This document shows, piece after piece, positions 27,320-39,070 of a stretch of DNA of 58,118 nt (its first letter is position 1; the number at the start of each line of letters is the position of its first letter). The translations under genes and the position numbers were made by a program. Below the pieces are notes generated by a model. That model searched no databases and was not told the DNA's origin. It saw only the letters and a list, made by a program, of their open reading frames with translations. Source of the DNA: Perkinsus olseni (lineage: Eukaryota); contig JABANN010000028.1 in the NCBI GenBank assembly GCA_013115125.1, positions 62,001-120,118 of the forward strand, in the 5' to 3' direction.

Positions 27320-28500
27320 GAAATGTATGTGAGTCGTTCCAGGGGAAGCTCCGCGAGTACCATTGGCTCCGATTCAATTGCCCTTGAATGAAGCCGTATT
27401 GGAGTGTCCCCGAGCGGACATTCGTGCATCCCTGAAACTACGCAGTCTGTCGTGGTCGTGCGGGTACCTCCCCGGGCTCCGGCTGATGCATGCAAACGGA
27501 AGAATCCCGGCTATGGAGAGAGGCCTAGCAAGCGTCGACCGGCTGATGTGGACACAACGGCAATGGATGAGGATCTGATGGCGTTGGGCCAATTCGCCGC
27601 GGTCGGCTTCCTATCGCCCAACCACGGCGCTCGTACCATGACACTCGGCCTAGTGTTGAGGAGAACGCGGAGTTGCTATCGTGCTACGATTTGGGAGCCA
27701 AACTTGAGGGCCATATACGGCGGCACAATGATGTAGGCTTGAAAGCGGGAGATTGAACACCTGCTTGAGCGTATGCATTCGATGTCTGAGACTCTCAAAT
27801 TTCCTGAGGCTTCACCCTTTCAGCTCATAGAGTCTCTCACCCGGTTCGCCGGTTTCTCTGATGTCATAGAGACCCACTTGTTCCGTGCGGCCTCTGCGAG
27901 GTGGGCTCTCGAACGCGCTTCTCAAGAGGCGGATGTCACAAAGCGCGCGGAAGCTGTGGCCAAGTACTATCCACTTCAGGGAAGCTCGTATAGCTCAGCA
28001 TCTTCTTCAGAGTCTTTGACCTACTTTCTCGTTGTGGTGAGGGGTTGGCTGAGGTCCAGAAGGAGGTTGATTTATTCGAAGGAGAATGGACATCGCTATC
28101 GAAAGAAGACGAGGCAAGCTTAACGGGTTGAGCTCGTCTCAAGTGGCATCTATGGATTCCTCTAGGTTGCGCCTGAGGTAATGCGTGGAAGAGCGAAGTA
28201 CTTGACTGACGTCGTTTGGACCAAGGCCGAGAAGTGCCGTGCTGCCGTAGCCGGAGTTCACGCCGACGGACTGCGAGCACTCGATGATATACAAAGCTGT
28301 ATTGCGCAGTCGAGTACGACACCTCCAGCTGCTTGATTCACGTTTCCAGTCTTAGTGTGGTGTTCGGGGATGCCTTCTTCCGGTTCCTCTGTACTGCGAC
28401 CGGCTATTGGTGGTGTGGCGACTCATACGCGCAGGCTTTAGTATCATCTGTATCCGCACTGCACTTGTTGTTAGGTAGCTTCGCAAGGCTGGAACGTACG
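27320..28500 (+). pseudogene. Internally deleted duplicate of the helicase 3' region
   Basis: Three joined blocks match ~19200-19310, ~19510-19715 and ~21183-22050, with introns retained; equivalent stop at 28334-28336. Confidence 0.85.
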
Positions 28501-29290
28501 TTAAGATGTGTTGAAAGACCATCATGACAGAACTTCGGGAAAGCCCTTTTAGGCCACCTGTGGAGTTGGGGGCGATTTTTTCATCACACGGTCCCATAAG
28601 GTCCTAGGGACCTTATTCGCTTACTCGAATAAGGTTCTCAGTTTCAGAGATCGCTACACTGGTTTACTTTGTAGGTGAAACTACGGGCTTCGCAGATTTC
28701 GGCCTCGTCTCGTGAGGTTACTCTTTGAGGGCGCGCTACGCGTTCTCAGTCCAATATCATCACTTTCGGAATTGTTCAGCCTACTGCGTCACTAGAGTCT
28801 TCCACCAACCTGAGGTAGGCCGGCGATCATCATATTGGAATACTCCTATCCTTTCCACCGACAGTATGAACAGTTGGTGATAACTTATCACTGATGAGCA
28901 CCTCTATTAGTTGCCAGAGAGTGGCTCACCGGGGGAATGGGTGCGGCACCTTACTACTATTTTTATCTAACTTCAGTTGCACATGAGTCTTCGTGTGTAG
29001 CGATCTGCCTTCTCTAAAAGACCATCATGGTACAGCCTGTACCATACAGGAGAGGAGTGACTGGCTGAGGAACTCAACACTTGTGCTTGTCCTGAGACTC
29101 AAGGTTAAGAACCAGCTGACGGAGTTCACGGTGTGATGGGATTGGGACTTGCAAACTCGCACTACGTCAGGAACAACGCTCCATCCGACCGTTGACGTGT
29201 AGGTTGGTACCAAGATTGGAGTCCTGCGAACCTTGCTTAACGCGGATGCCCAATGGCGTGAAATGGCGAGAATTTGATTGCTGAGAGGTG

Positions 29291-29409
29291 GCATGGACAG
29301 ACAATGTATTGAGAGATGAGTGAAAGCATGGACAGACAATGTATCGAGAGATGAGTGAAAGCATGGACAGACAATGTATCGAGAGATGAGTGAAAGCATG
29401 GACAGACAA
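29291..29409 (+). repeat. 35-bp tandem repeat, about 3.4 copies
   Basis: Unit gcatggacagacaatgtatcgagagatgagtgaaa, head-to-tail with no spacers. Confidence 0.95.
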
Positions 29410-29465
29410 GGAGAAAATAAGTATGGTCAAGAAAGAGCGTCACGATGTGGAGAACACATGCCTTA

Positions 29466-31686
29466 TCATCTGGCATGTAGCATGAAGTTATGCACAGTCT
29501 CCATGACACCTCGCGGGTTCTCATGGACAGCGGTGTGGCTTCCCCTATATACCTGAGACCGGCTGCTTTCCAAGAAGACACGACGATGACCCCCTAAAAA
29601 GAGTCACTCTGCGGATAAAGACTCACTTGGACGAAGTCATATCCGCCGTTATTGCTGCTTCTTCGTAGCCCGACAGCTCGCCCAGTACTATCCTGAATGG
29701 AATGCAGCGTCAATCGAGTGACATCCTTACCTAGCGATGGATTAGCGACCACAGTGCTGCATATGCAAAATTCCTTTCGTTAGGATTGTCTTTCTCACCT
29801 TGAACTCGACATCCGCGGCCTTGCGGAAGTCCTCCTGACCACGCCAGGTCAAGCCAAGCATCCATTCCTTCAGACCCATGAAGTTGCAGATGTAGTCAAC
29901 ATCTCCAGCAAGGGTCAGCACCTGCCGTCGAGGAGTCTCACACTCTTCTCCTTCACACGACTCACGCGAATCCCGGACTCCAGTAAGCCAGGTAAGAGGA
30001 AGTCTGAGCTCACCAGGCCGAAGGGGACCAGCTGCTGGTAGACCTGTTGAGGACGGTTACGAGGCATGCGGGGCTAGGCAAAACTTCTCGGTATAATTTT
30101 CTCACCGGATCACTGCTGATGATGAACTTCCCAGATACTTTGAGGAAGGCCTTCACGTTCCCTCGGTTTAGGTACGCTTCAACCTGCGAAAGTATATCAG
30201 CCACATAGAGAGCCTGTCCCATTCTGACTCAGAATTTCTGAGCCTGGTAGGATTCGGCGAACGCAGCTGAATCCTGCCCTACATTGGGAGGATCTTGCTC
30301 ATTTTGGCACCCTTCAGGTAAGTGTTGATGAGGGTCCGAACACTTGGTGCCGAGCTTGTAGCTGGAACGAAGAGAGACGAATACTCTCCGTGGTCAGAGA
30401 GGCGTAACACAAAGAAACTTCGACCTACAATTCCACGCCATTGTCCACCAAGGGCTCCAGAACGATGCTCTGACAATCTACATGCGCGTTTTTGCAGGAT
30501 TTGACTGAGAGGAGCGAAGACTAGGTGGGATTTTTGTCATGTTGAACTACTCTCCTTATTGCACTTATCGATCATGTTCAAGCACTCGGGCATTTGCTGG
30601 TTCATTCTATCATATCTGATCGACAAATATACGAGAAGCTTGCTAACGACGCCAAGAATATTAGCATACTTACTGATTCTTCGTGATGACCGGCTTTACA
30701 GTCTTGCTTTTGAAGGCCATCTCGGGGAATGAAGGCCACCTTGAATGGAACAGGCAGTGGGAGACGCATATTGGGATTTTGCGATCTCACTGCTTCCTAG
30801 CATTAACCATGGTGTTGCAGAAAATGATGCCTCGCAAGTTTATATGGGGACTGCCGGTCTTCACGACATGTGCGACCTGGGGAAGTAGAACTCCTGAGAG
30901 GTTCACAACATCCCAGAAGTAAAAACTCGCGCAGTCTACCACCACCTGAATACGAGAGTCCCACAATATAGAAGGGTCCCTTGTACTTGGGGAACTCCTT
31001 GAAAAACTGTTCTAGAAAACTGTATCTGCCGATGATCAAACGGAGTACAACGGTATTCCCTGTAAGTCAGAACGAACATGTTCTGGACGGTCTCCGCGAA
31101 TGTCTGTTCTGGTGGATCTCCAATGCTGTATCCAACCCCAACGGGTTGGTCCAACCAAATGCCATTGGCTCGGTTGGTCCACGAGTAACTGTACCCACAG
31201 AATTGAAGTCAATGCAGCCGGCAAGCTTACTTACGGGTTAGTAGCACTAGCAGTCCCCTTCTTATTGACCAAGCAAGGTCCGTTGTACCCGACCGCAGAG
31301 GCAATGCCGCTCTCTCCTGGACCACCCTCGAGCCATAGGAAGATGGGATCCGTCTCTGGGTGGTTCCTCGACTCGAAGAACCAGAAAAAGTACCTGCCAT
31401 GGGGCAGGTCGGGTGGTTTGAGTATGCGCTGCGGAGAGCTCACTCCCTTTTCGGATTGGACGGGTCAACAGCGTAGCGGCCGAAAGCTTGTTCAACATTG
31501 GGGTCACAAAGACCTCCTTTGCCTTGATGAATAACCTGGAGCCTCCTTGAAGTTGTATTCCCGGCACCTACCCAACCATGAGAAAAGTTTTCGATTTGTT
31601 CTGTTACTACCTGCAGAGAGGAGACGGGCAGTTGCAAGCTCCGAGAGGAAGCTGCTGAAGTATAGGATGATCGAGGGAAACAGCAT
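29466..31686 (-). CDS. Serine carboxypeptidase S10-like protein, copy 2, multi-exon
   Basis: YFFWFFESRNHPETDPIFLWLEGGPGESG, LDQPVGVGYS, IVGLSYSG, LAGDVDYICN, VYRGSHTAVHENP; same exon layout as copy 1. Confidence 0.86.
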
Positions 31687-32790
31687 TTCGCCCTGACAGC
31701 AGTTATCGGTTGATGGAGTGCTAAGAGGCCCGAAGTCAATACCGTCACCGCCGTAACCTTCAATGGATCGGGGGCAAGACTGCTCCATCGCGTTAGTTTT
31801 TCTTCAGCGCATAAACGAGTGCCTAGCTTCAAACAAGCGCCGAGAGATGGCACATTATATTGTGCGCACAAGTTGTGCGTCACAGCGGGACACCTAGTCT
31901 CCTGGCGGTGCATCCCACGATAGCTTAGTCAAGCAGGGGGCGTGTTTCAAGCTCGGGTTGAATTCTCAGTTTCCCGATGGTGTTTTCCTCCCAGAGAGAG
32001 TCGCCAACTTTGAGCCTTTTGACGGTCTCCAGATTGAAACCTTAATCTTAGTTCCGACCACTAGTTCATTCACGCTGGAGGTGGTGAGCCGAGGCGGCGT
32101 AGTGCGGCGTGTCGTTGGTGTACGTGCTGGTAGCAGAGGATCGGCAAACCTAGCGCGCGGCGCCTATGCGCGTAAGAGGGGCTTATGCGCGCCAATGATA
32201 ACAAGAGAGTCGCGGTAGTTCAGTATATTTCAATGCTGGAGCTAGCACGGTGCTAGCGATAGCCATGTAGTTATGGCTGTAATAATGGCAGATGCGGGCT
32301 CGATCAATCCTTACGCTCCCTGGATGTGAACGTAGGGTTCGAGGGGCTGCTGACTCGACCCAGGTGGGGAATGGGGTCGGGCAGCTCTCGTGTCCTACTG
32401 AAGCGTGGTGGCATCCGAGTGATGGTTGACGGCAGACACAGGCTGCCGCCTGTTCGCTGCCTATTGGCTGGCTCTGACGCTGACGGGCATCGCACATGTG
32501 AGAGGAGAGCCATACACTGTTCACACTCTTGACCTGTGCATCGTGGGAATTGTGAACGCAAAGGGCCTCACGAGCGAGCTGGGATTCTTGTCAGTCACTT
32601 GATGGCAATGGAAGGACCAAGGTTCGGATAATCCGAATCGGATTCGTAGTGAGACTGTGGCGTGCTTCTCTTTCATGCCCGGTGCTGATGAGATGCGAGC
32701 CTCTGTTGTGGTGTTGAACGCAGTCAAGCACGATTTCCTAGCCAGCTGGTTTGCGTGGTGGTTGGAGTTAGTGCTTCACGGTGCTTGCTC

Positions 32791-33288
32791 ATGAGCGATT
32801 GGGGTGTTCACTCGAATTTCCGCATCCCCGATACCATCTCATCTCGGACTCCTCGCTCGGGACGTCATCAGCCCCCTGAGGGAGACAACAATAGCATCAC
32901 CGGCCATGAGAGGTTCGTGTTGGCTATCAATAACATAGTACAAGTGCCGGATGGATGGCAGTGTCACGTATGCGACACCCACATCCCGGGGTCCGACTAC
33001 GAGGCTTGGGTGCATACGTATGATGACGATCATCGCCGCCGGAGGCCACCAAAGCCGAAGCGTGAGCACGTGTGGCTGCTGCTGATCTCCTCGAGCTCCG
33101 TCGCAGGTCCTGCTGATCTACCTCCCTGTCTTGATGTGCGGGATTACTCTGGCGCCATGCATTGCGACGTATGCCGAGTCCGTCTGACCAACTACGCCGC
33201 ACAAGAATCGCACCTCCGAGGGCGGCAGCATACTTACAGACTGGATGAACAGCGTCGGCGTGCCAGAAACAACAATGACCCTCACTGA
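32791..33288 (+). CDS. Double matrin/U1-type C2H2 zinc-finger protein A, copy 2
   Basis: Near-identical to 25908-26405, with only a few substitutions. Confidence 0.75.
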   Translation: MSDWGVHSNFRIPDTISSRTPRSGRHQPPEGDNNSITGHERFVLAINNIVQVPDGWQCHVCDTHIPGSDYEAWVHTYDDDHRRRRPPKPKREHVWLLLISSSSVAGPADLPPCLDVRDYSGAMHCDVCRVRLTNYAAQESHLRGRQHTYRLDEQRRRARNNNDPH

Positions 33289-33589
33289 TCGCAACGGTAC
33301 ACTCTCCTTTTCGTATCAGATCTCAGACATCTGCCCTGTGGATAAGGGCCTCTGTGCATGCTGGCAGAGAGTGGATTTCGGCGAGGCGCAGGTGGCGTGT
33401 TGTTGGCGTAACACTCGTGCGCAGGCCGGAAGGTCTGCATTTTATCCACGTACGCATTACCGGACCACCTCCGATGCTCAACACCTATGCAGAGTGTAAG
33501 GGAAGTTTCTTGCCTGTAGTGGTTGCGCTTGCCAACAAGCGGGAATAGTTTTCTAGTACTGACCAGTCATCTGTACAGTGAGACCTGCA

Positions 33590-34172
33590 ATGTCCTTATC
33601 TTCCTGGGGCCGAGACTGCAGGTTTCACATTCCGTCAACCACCTCTAACAGCTCGGCTATTAATGAGGGAGCGGCACTAACCGGAGACGAGTTCCGCGCC
33701 GGCCCAGCCGTCAGCCCTCAAGATCAGTTCAACCTAGCGATTAATCATGTCCACAGTCTAAACGGCATGTGGTTCTGTAGCATATGCGATGTGACTATAC
33801 TGGAAGGCAGGCTTGCTGCCCTCAATCATCTTGATACGGTCGAACATAAAAAGATGCGGAGCAGCTATCAACCAAGAAGTGAGAATGATTTGCTCGATCC
33901 GCGGTGCAGTTTCCGGTAGCAATGGTTCTCATCGGTCTCTTAGTGCCACTGTCTTGTCAGAGCCTCCCAATGTACCCGAGTACTACTACATCGAGAAGAA
34001 CGATTACTCTGGATCGGTTCACTGCCGGTTATGTCGCAAGAGGCTAGGGAGTGTTGATACGTGGTCTTCGCATGAACGGGGCAGGGCCCATGTAAGCAGT
34101 CTCACTGGTTTGCGAAGAAGGCAGCTGAACGCCAAGTGTGCTAGAGAAGAAGGCAGTCGTTCCCTCCAGTGA
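33590..34172 (+). CDS. Double matrin/U1-type C2H2 zinc-finger protein B (paralog of A), two exons
   Basis: WFCSICD...NHLDTVEH and HCRLCRKRL....SSHERGRAH. An intron starting at 33879 (acceptor 33909 or 33960) restores frame, at the same relative position as in A. Confidence 0.7.
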
Positions 34173-34683
34173 ATCGGGGTTTGAGTGCGGCCGCCATTCT
34201 TCCTGTCTCGTTCCATTCCTTTCTAGCGTCAGCATCATTTCACCTAACGTTGACTGTAGTTTTTTTCGGTAAAGTATCATAACTATTCTGTGAACATTTT
34301 TCCCATCCCGGTGTTTCCTCTGGATCTGTTATTCGAGTTCAGTGATTGAAGTGTTGCCTAGACTGCGGCATCGGGAAGCTACCTTTGCACATGGGCAGCA
34401 TGTCATCTGACTACAGCCCCCAGCTCACCTTGGTCCCATTCACTACTAGTTCGGGTGCCAACGATCGCCCTCAAGAATCTCCACGGACGGGGGAGCGCCG
34501 CTCCTCCCCGGTTCAAAGGTGTGACCCAGGAAGGTCTCCATCGATTTTACCGTGTAACAGTATACAGTATCGATGAGTGAAGGTCGCGGCGGAGTGGCAA
34601 TAACGACGTCGGCAAGTTTAACGGCCGATTCAGAACTTCGTGTGCTGCTGATCATCAATACATTGCACATCTTCTCCAGGCCG

Positions 34684-36492
34684 ATGTCAACAGTGTCCAC
34701 GATAGCCCCATCGTGCTATGTATCATCTGCCACCACCACTGCCGCTGCGATCACCTTCGACAGCAGATCTCCCAGTCCTGCTATGAGCGACATAGGGCCG
34801 GTAGGCACTTCGGTGAATCCGCTCTGCAGCCGAGACGAAGAGTCGGGCGCGATAGCTCATTCGATTCAGTCGTTTCCTGTTCAGTTCCCACGGGTTTGCT
34901 CGCCCTCTTTCGCTGACGAGAGGCTGTTGTCGGCCATGACTGCGAATAAGATGGCCAGGCTTCCCACCATAACCCCCTCTACGGTCGGTACATCGTCTTC
35001 TTCCTCCTCGACTCGGCAGAAGATAGCAGACGTCACTGCCCCAGAAGTCAACAGGTGACGCCCGTAGCGAGCTCCTCCAAGGAGCCTCCTTGGGTGCCTC
35101 TTCTTCTTCTTCTTGTCGGACCTCGAAATAGGAAACGATAATAGGCATGGTCGTTGAGGCACTCGCTCCGCTGGCATGTCAACTCTGACGCTTCAATGGG
35201 GTCCTTAGGCACCGAGCCTCAGTGCTCGAGTCTATCGGTCTGATGCTGGACGAGGGCCTGCTGGACAAAGATGACAGTGCAAGAGCTGTTCTTCTCGCAA
35301 CGCAGGGTGGTGGCACATCGGCTTGGCCAGCTGTATCGATCACCACAGGGCCCTCTCAAGTGTCCACTCTCTTCGATCTGATATCGAGCCGCTCCTCATT
35401 GACCGCCAAAGCCGAGTTCGTGAGGATGTACCTGTCCGGAATTGCGGACGACGCTAAAAATGTAGACAGTTGCACGACCTTCCGAAGGCCTTCGACTTTC
35501 CGTTACCTTCAGAATGAAGCATCCCCTTCAGCATCCCACAATTTCCCACCCTTACCGCCGTACTCAGGTGACCGGTAGATCATAAAGCGCGTGCGTCTCA
35601 CGAGCCATTTTCTTTCAGGTGCATTTCCGATGCCGCCTTACGGGGCCCATCCGAGCTGCTACCCGATGGGAGTGTATGACCATGGCTATTGCTTGCCCGT
35701 GCATCCAGGGTTCCAGGGAGCCCCTCCTTCTGTGGGTCACCCGCCGAGGATACCGCTCCCACAGCAATTGCCGATGGGCCAGGGAGGCACCCCAGTGAGC
35801 CAGCGTGGCCACTGCCTACATACCACAACTAGCTCCCGTACCATCAGCCTGGTCTTCACTATTGCCCTTCGCCTGCATCGCAAGCTGGAGGCGCTAAGGA
35901 CAACGGTAGCACACCGCCGCTCCATGCCGCCTGCTCTCCTTCAGAGACTGACTCAGACGACAGTCGAAAGTAAGACTATCCCAATTTGCATTTACCGTCC
36001 TTTGTGTGACCCCGTTCCCTCTGAACATACCGCATAGCTTCGGCTGTGTGCAGGCACACTTGTTACTGCCCCGCCCCCATACCATACCCAGGGCCATATC
36101 CATATCAATTCGCTCAGCACTTCGGTGCCCGCAGTGTTAGTAATTCATACGAGTAAGCTGGGCCTCCCTGACCTGGCCGCGGTCTCTCGTCTTATCTAAC
36201 ACAAGGACGCTCATCTGAGTCCTGCCAGATTCCATCCGGCGCCAACCCCCCCGCTGGTGAGCTTGCCGAGCCCGCGAGGTAGGCGGGGGACCCCGCACCA
36301 CAACTGTTGGTCATGTGTCACACAGCTGATTATATTGGGAATTACGATCTCCCACAGGCGTCTCCCCGTCACCAACGCCCCCGCCCGTTGTGGTACCTCA
36401 ATTCACACAGCGGAATGCCGCCGGAGCCCTCAATGTCGGGGCTCCGAGCGCATGCGGATCAGCAAGCCCAACTGGAGCGGCATCATAAATGA
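34684..36492 (+). CDS. Hypothetical multi-exon protein, Ser-rich N-terminus and Pro-rich C-terminus
   Basis: Successive + strand ORF pieces separated by GT/GC-AG bounded gaps; no recognisable domain; ends uncertain. Confidence 0.4.
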
Positions 36493-36639
36493 AAGCGGGG
36501 GTCCAATTAAAAACGTCCATGCTTGTGTTTTTTGTTTTTCCTTGAGTTGGTCGGAAGCGATCAGGGTCATACCTTCCAGACACGTATTTGGCGCTGGTAC
36601 GAGTCCGTGCTCCGCAGTCTGGTATTCCCGCTTTTCGGA

Positions 36640-37878
36640 ATGCTTTTCCCCGCCCACGTTGAGGCCCTCCGCTGCCAAATGGTTGAGAGGCTCTGGAAAG
36701 ACTCGCCTGCTGTCGGGCCCCTGCCGGAGTTGATGAGCGAGATCATGGCCTGCATCCCTAAACCTGTGCTCACTCTGGACTGCCCTACGGAGGAAGTTAT
36801 CCTCAAAATCAGTAGGATTCCCGACTTCATATTCGCCAAGGGCGGTGTTGTCTACGGTGTCTCTCACTTTGAGTCGTCTATCACTCTGCAGCAGATATCT
36901 CCACCAGGAGAAACGACCACACTGGTCTCGGGAGCGCCATTCTCCCCGACTCCTGCCACGAGTGACGAAGCCCTGTTCTACTATGCGGCTGATACTAAGC
37001 ATCTCTACATTCTCTATGCTGTCAAGTCCCTGTCACTGGTCTACAACCTTCTCGACTATGACGTGCAGGCCGCCAAGGTGATCGGTAGCAGAAGATTACC
37101 CGAGCTTACTTCTGGTGGGATGCGTCCAAGCCACATGGTCGTCATCGGCGATGAAGTCTTCGTGGCTGTGAGCCGATCAGATCGGTCCGAAATCCGACAC
37201 TTCAAGTTGCAGAAGTCTAGTGAGGTCATCGTGGTGTGGTCTACGACGGCGGCCGCCGACGCTGGTGAGATTCTCCACTTGAACCCGGACTCTGTGAAAC
37301 CTCTCTCTCTGAACATAGTGCTCCTCGACAACTCCATCACTCACCTCGTTCCGCTGGAAAGGGTTAGAGAGGCATCCCCAGTAGTGTTCAAGGCGAAGGC
37401 AAGGAGGCCGCTGCTCGACCTGTCGATTCATTCGGCGGAATCTTCGATTGTCGGGTCCAATGCCTTCCGTGTGAGGAGACCAAATGGCCAGTATGTTCTC
37501 GTGAATATCCAGCCGGGGTTGGTGTCCGAAACCTTCCCACTGCGGAGCTCATCGTTGCTGACATGCCCCGCTGCTTCGGATCTTGCTGGGAATATCTATT
37601 TCGTGTTCGACCGATGCTTCAGGGAACAGTCGTCGATTTTCGGCACCTCAGAGAATCGGCCAGCATTCAATTCCCGGGGACGGGAAACCCCCGGTGGCCC
37701 CTCTGCAAGCGGGTCTATATTCGGCGATGTCCGTCCTGCAAGCGGGTCTATCTTCGGCGGTGGCCCCCCTGCAAGCGGGTCTTTATTCGGCGGTGATTCA
37801 CTGCAAGCATCTGCCAGCACCTTGAAGTGCCGATCGGACTACCGATTACTCCGAGCATCCCCCTATCTTCACCTGTAA
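36640..37878 (+). CDS. Intronless protein with F-box-like N-terminal motif, beta-rich body and C-terminal SxFG repeats
   Basis: Longest uninterrupted ORF in the window; LPELMSEIMACIPKP resembles the F-box LPxE..xI motif; first in-frame ATG at 36640. Confidence 0.6.
   Translation: MLFPAHVEALRCQMVERLWKDSPAVGPLPELMSEIMACIPKPVLTLDCPTEEVILKISRIPDFIFAKGGVVYGVSHFESSITLQQISPPGETTTLVSGAPFSPTPATSDEALFYYAADTKHLYILYAVKSLSLVYNLLDYDVQAAKVIGSRRLPELTSGGMRPSHMVVIGDEVFVAVSRSDRSEIRHFKLQKSSEVIVVWSTTAAADAGEILHLNPDSVKPLSLNIVLLDNSITHLVPLERVREASPVVFKAKARRPLLDLSIHSAESSIVGSNAFRVRRPNGQYVLVNIQPGLVSETFPLRSSSLLTCPAASDLAGNIYFVFDRCFREQSSIFGTSENRPAFNSRGRETPGGPSASGSIFGDVRPASGSIFGGGPPASGSLFGGDSLQASASTLKCRSDYRLLRASPYLHL
37703..37808 (+). 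repeat. 33-bp coding tandem repeat, about 3 copies (ASGSIFG....)
   Basis: ctgcaagcgggtcta/ttattcggcg... repeated three times in frame. Confidence 0.9.
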
Positions 37879-39070
37879 TTCGATCATGGATTCTCGAGCT
37901 AGCACCCCAGAACGCCCATCCACTGCATGGCATGGAATCCACTCGGTAAGGCTCAAGAGAAATGACTGCTGTAGCTAGATTTTCATTGTAACAGTTTCAT
38001 TTGATATCGCCGTCGCGTTGATGATATGATTATTCTGCCAGAGATGGCAAGCCTCTACATCCTTCTTTCATGTCCATGTTGCAACTCCTGACTAGCGGGT
38101 CGCAGGCCCTTGGTCTGACTTATTATAATTTCTGGGTGGTGTGGTATGCTTGGTCGGCTATAGGGCACGGATATCCAGTCCATATACGAGTGAAATTCTA
38201 GCATCCATTAGCATTAGAAGTTTTGTTCTTGTTACAACTGAATGCTTCAACGATTCCTGTGGGGTATACGAGCACGGACAGGCGCTGCCACGTTCACAGG
38301 TGAGTGTGCACTTGGGTGTTGCCCACGATTAGCTACTCGTTGAGACGTCCTTAAGGATAAAGTAGTGCCACCGAGGGGTCTCCTGACGCGAATACTGGTC
38401 AGTCTTTCCACACGGTCGCAGCCCTACAACAACATGCGAGGTTTCTCTCATCGTTTCAGCCGCGGCAGCACTGGGTCTGGGCGTGATGTTCCTCCCAGTG
38501 GGAGTTCTGAAGGAGAGAGACACCGAGCCCTCCAACTCTGTTAAAGAGTCGGTCTTCTACGCCTTGCCGATGCTACCCGCCTTTTATTTCCATCTCAACT
38601 TCAGCTTGCATCCCGTTTGGGTAAGTCGGGTGGAATTCCTCGAATGGCTCTTCCTAATGTCTATGGTTCTATTTAGTCGCTACCAGTGCTTTACCTAGCC
38701 GGATGGGCAGGCATGATGGGTGGGCAAGCTCTCGCTGTGAGCGACACTGCAATGAAGGACTCTGCCAGGACTGCGTAACGTGTCAAAGTTGACGTTTCTG
38801 TTCGCCCCGGATGTTGGCGTTGTCGTCAATCGGGGAATGCCGATGAATAGTCGACAGCACCTCCCTGCGAGGATCACGCATCCTGAGCGAGATCTAGCCC
38901 AGGGGCTGCTCTTCGCCAACCTGTGCAGACAGTCGATAGCATGCCGTCCTTCAGGCATCCAACTATCCGGGGCTCCGATGGGCAGCGATACTGAAGAGCT
39001 CTAGTCTTATTCACCGTAGAGATTTTGAACCTGATATCCAATCCGTCACAAGCATTTACTATTCACCATT

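Noticed and set aside
29291-29409. CRISPR-like repeat length (35 bp)
   Set aside because: Units abut with no unique spacers, there are no cas genes, and the context is eukaryotic
37950-39000. Possible gene or transposon remnant
   Set aside because: Short ORFs with many stops and no motif or consistent splice model
36450-39070. Relic spliced-leader sequence near the intronless gene
   Set aside because: Only short partial matches such as ggctcaag (~37950); no convincing leader
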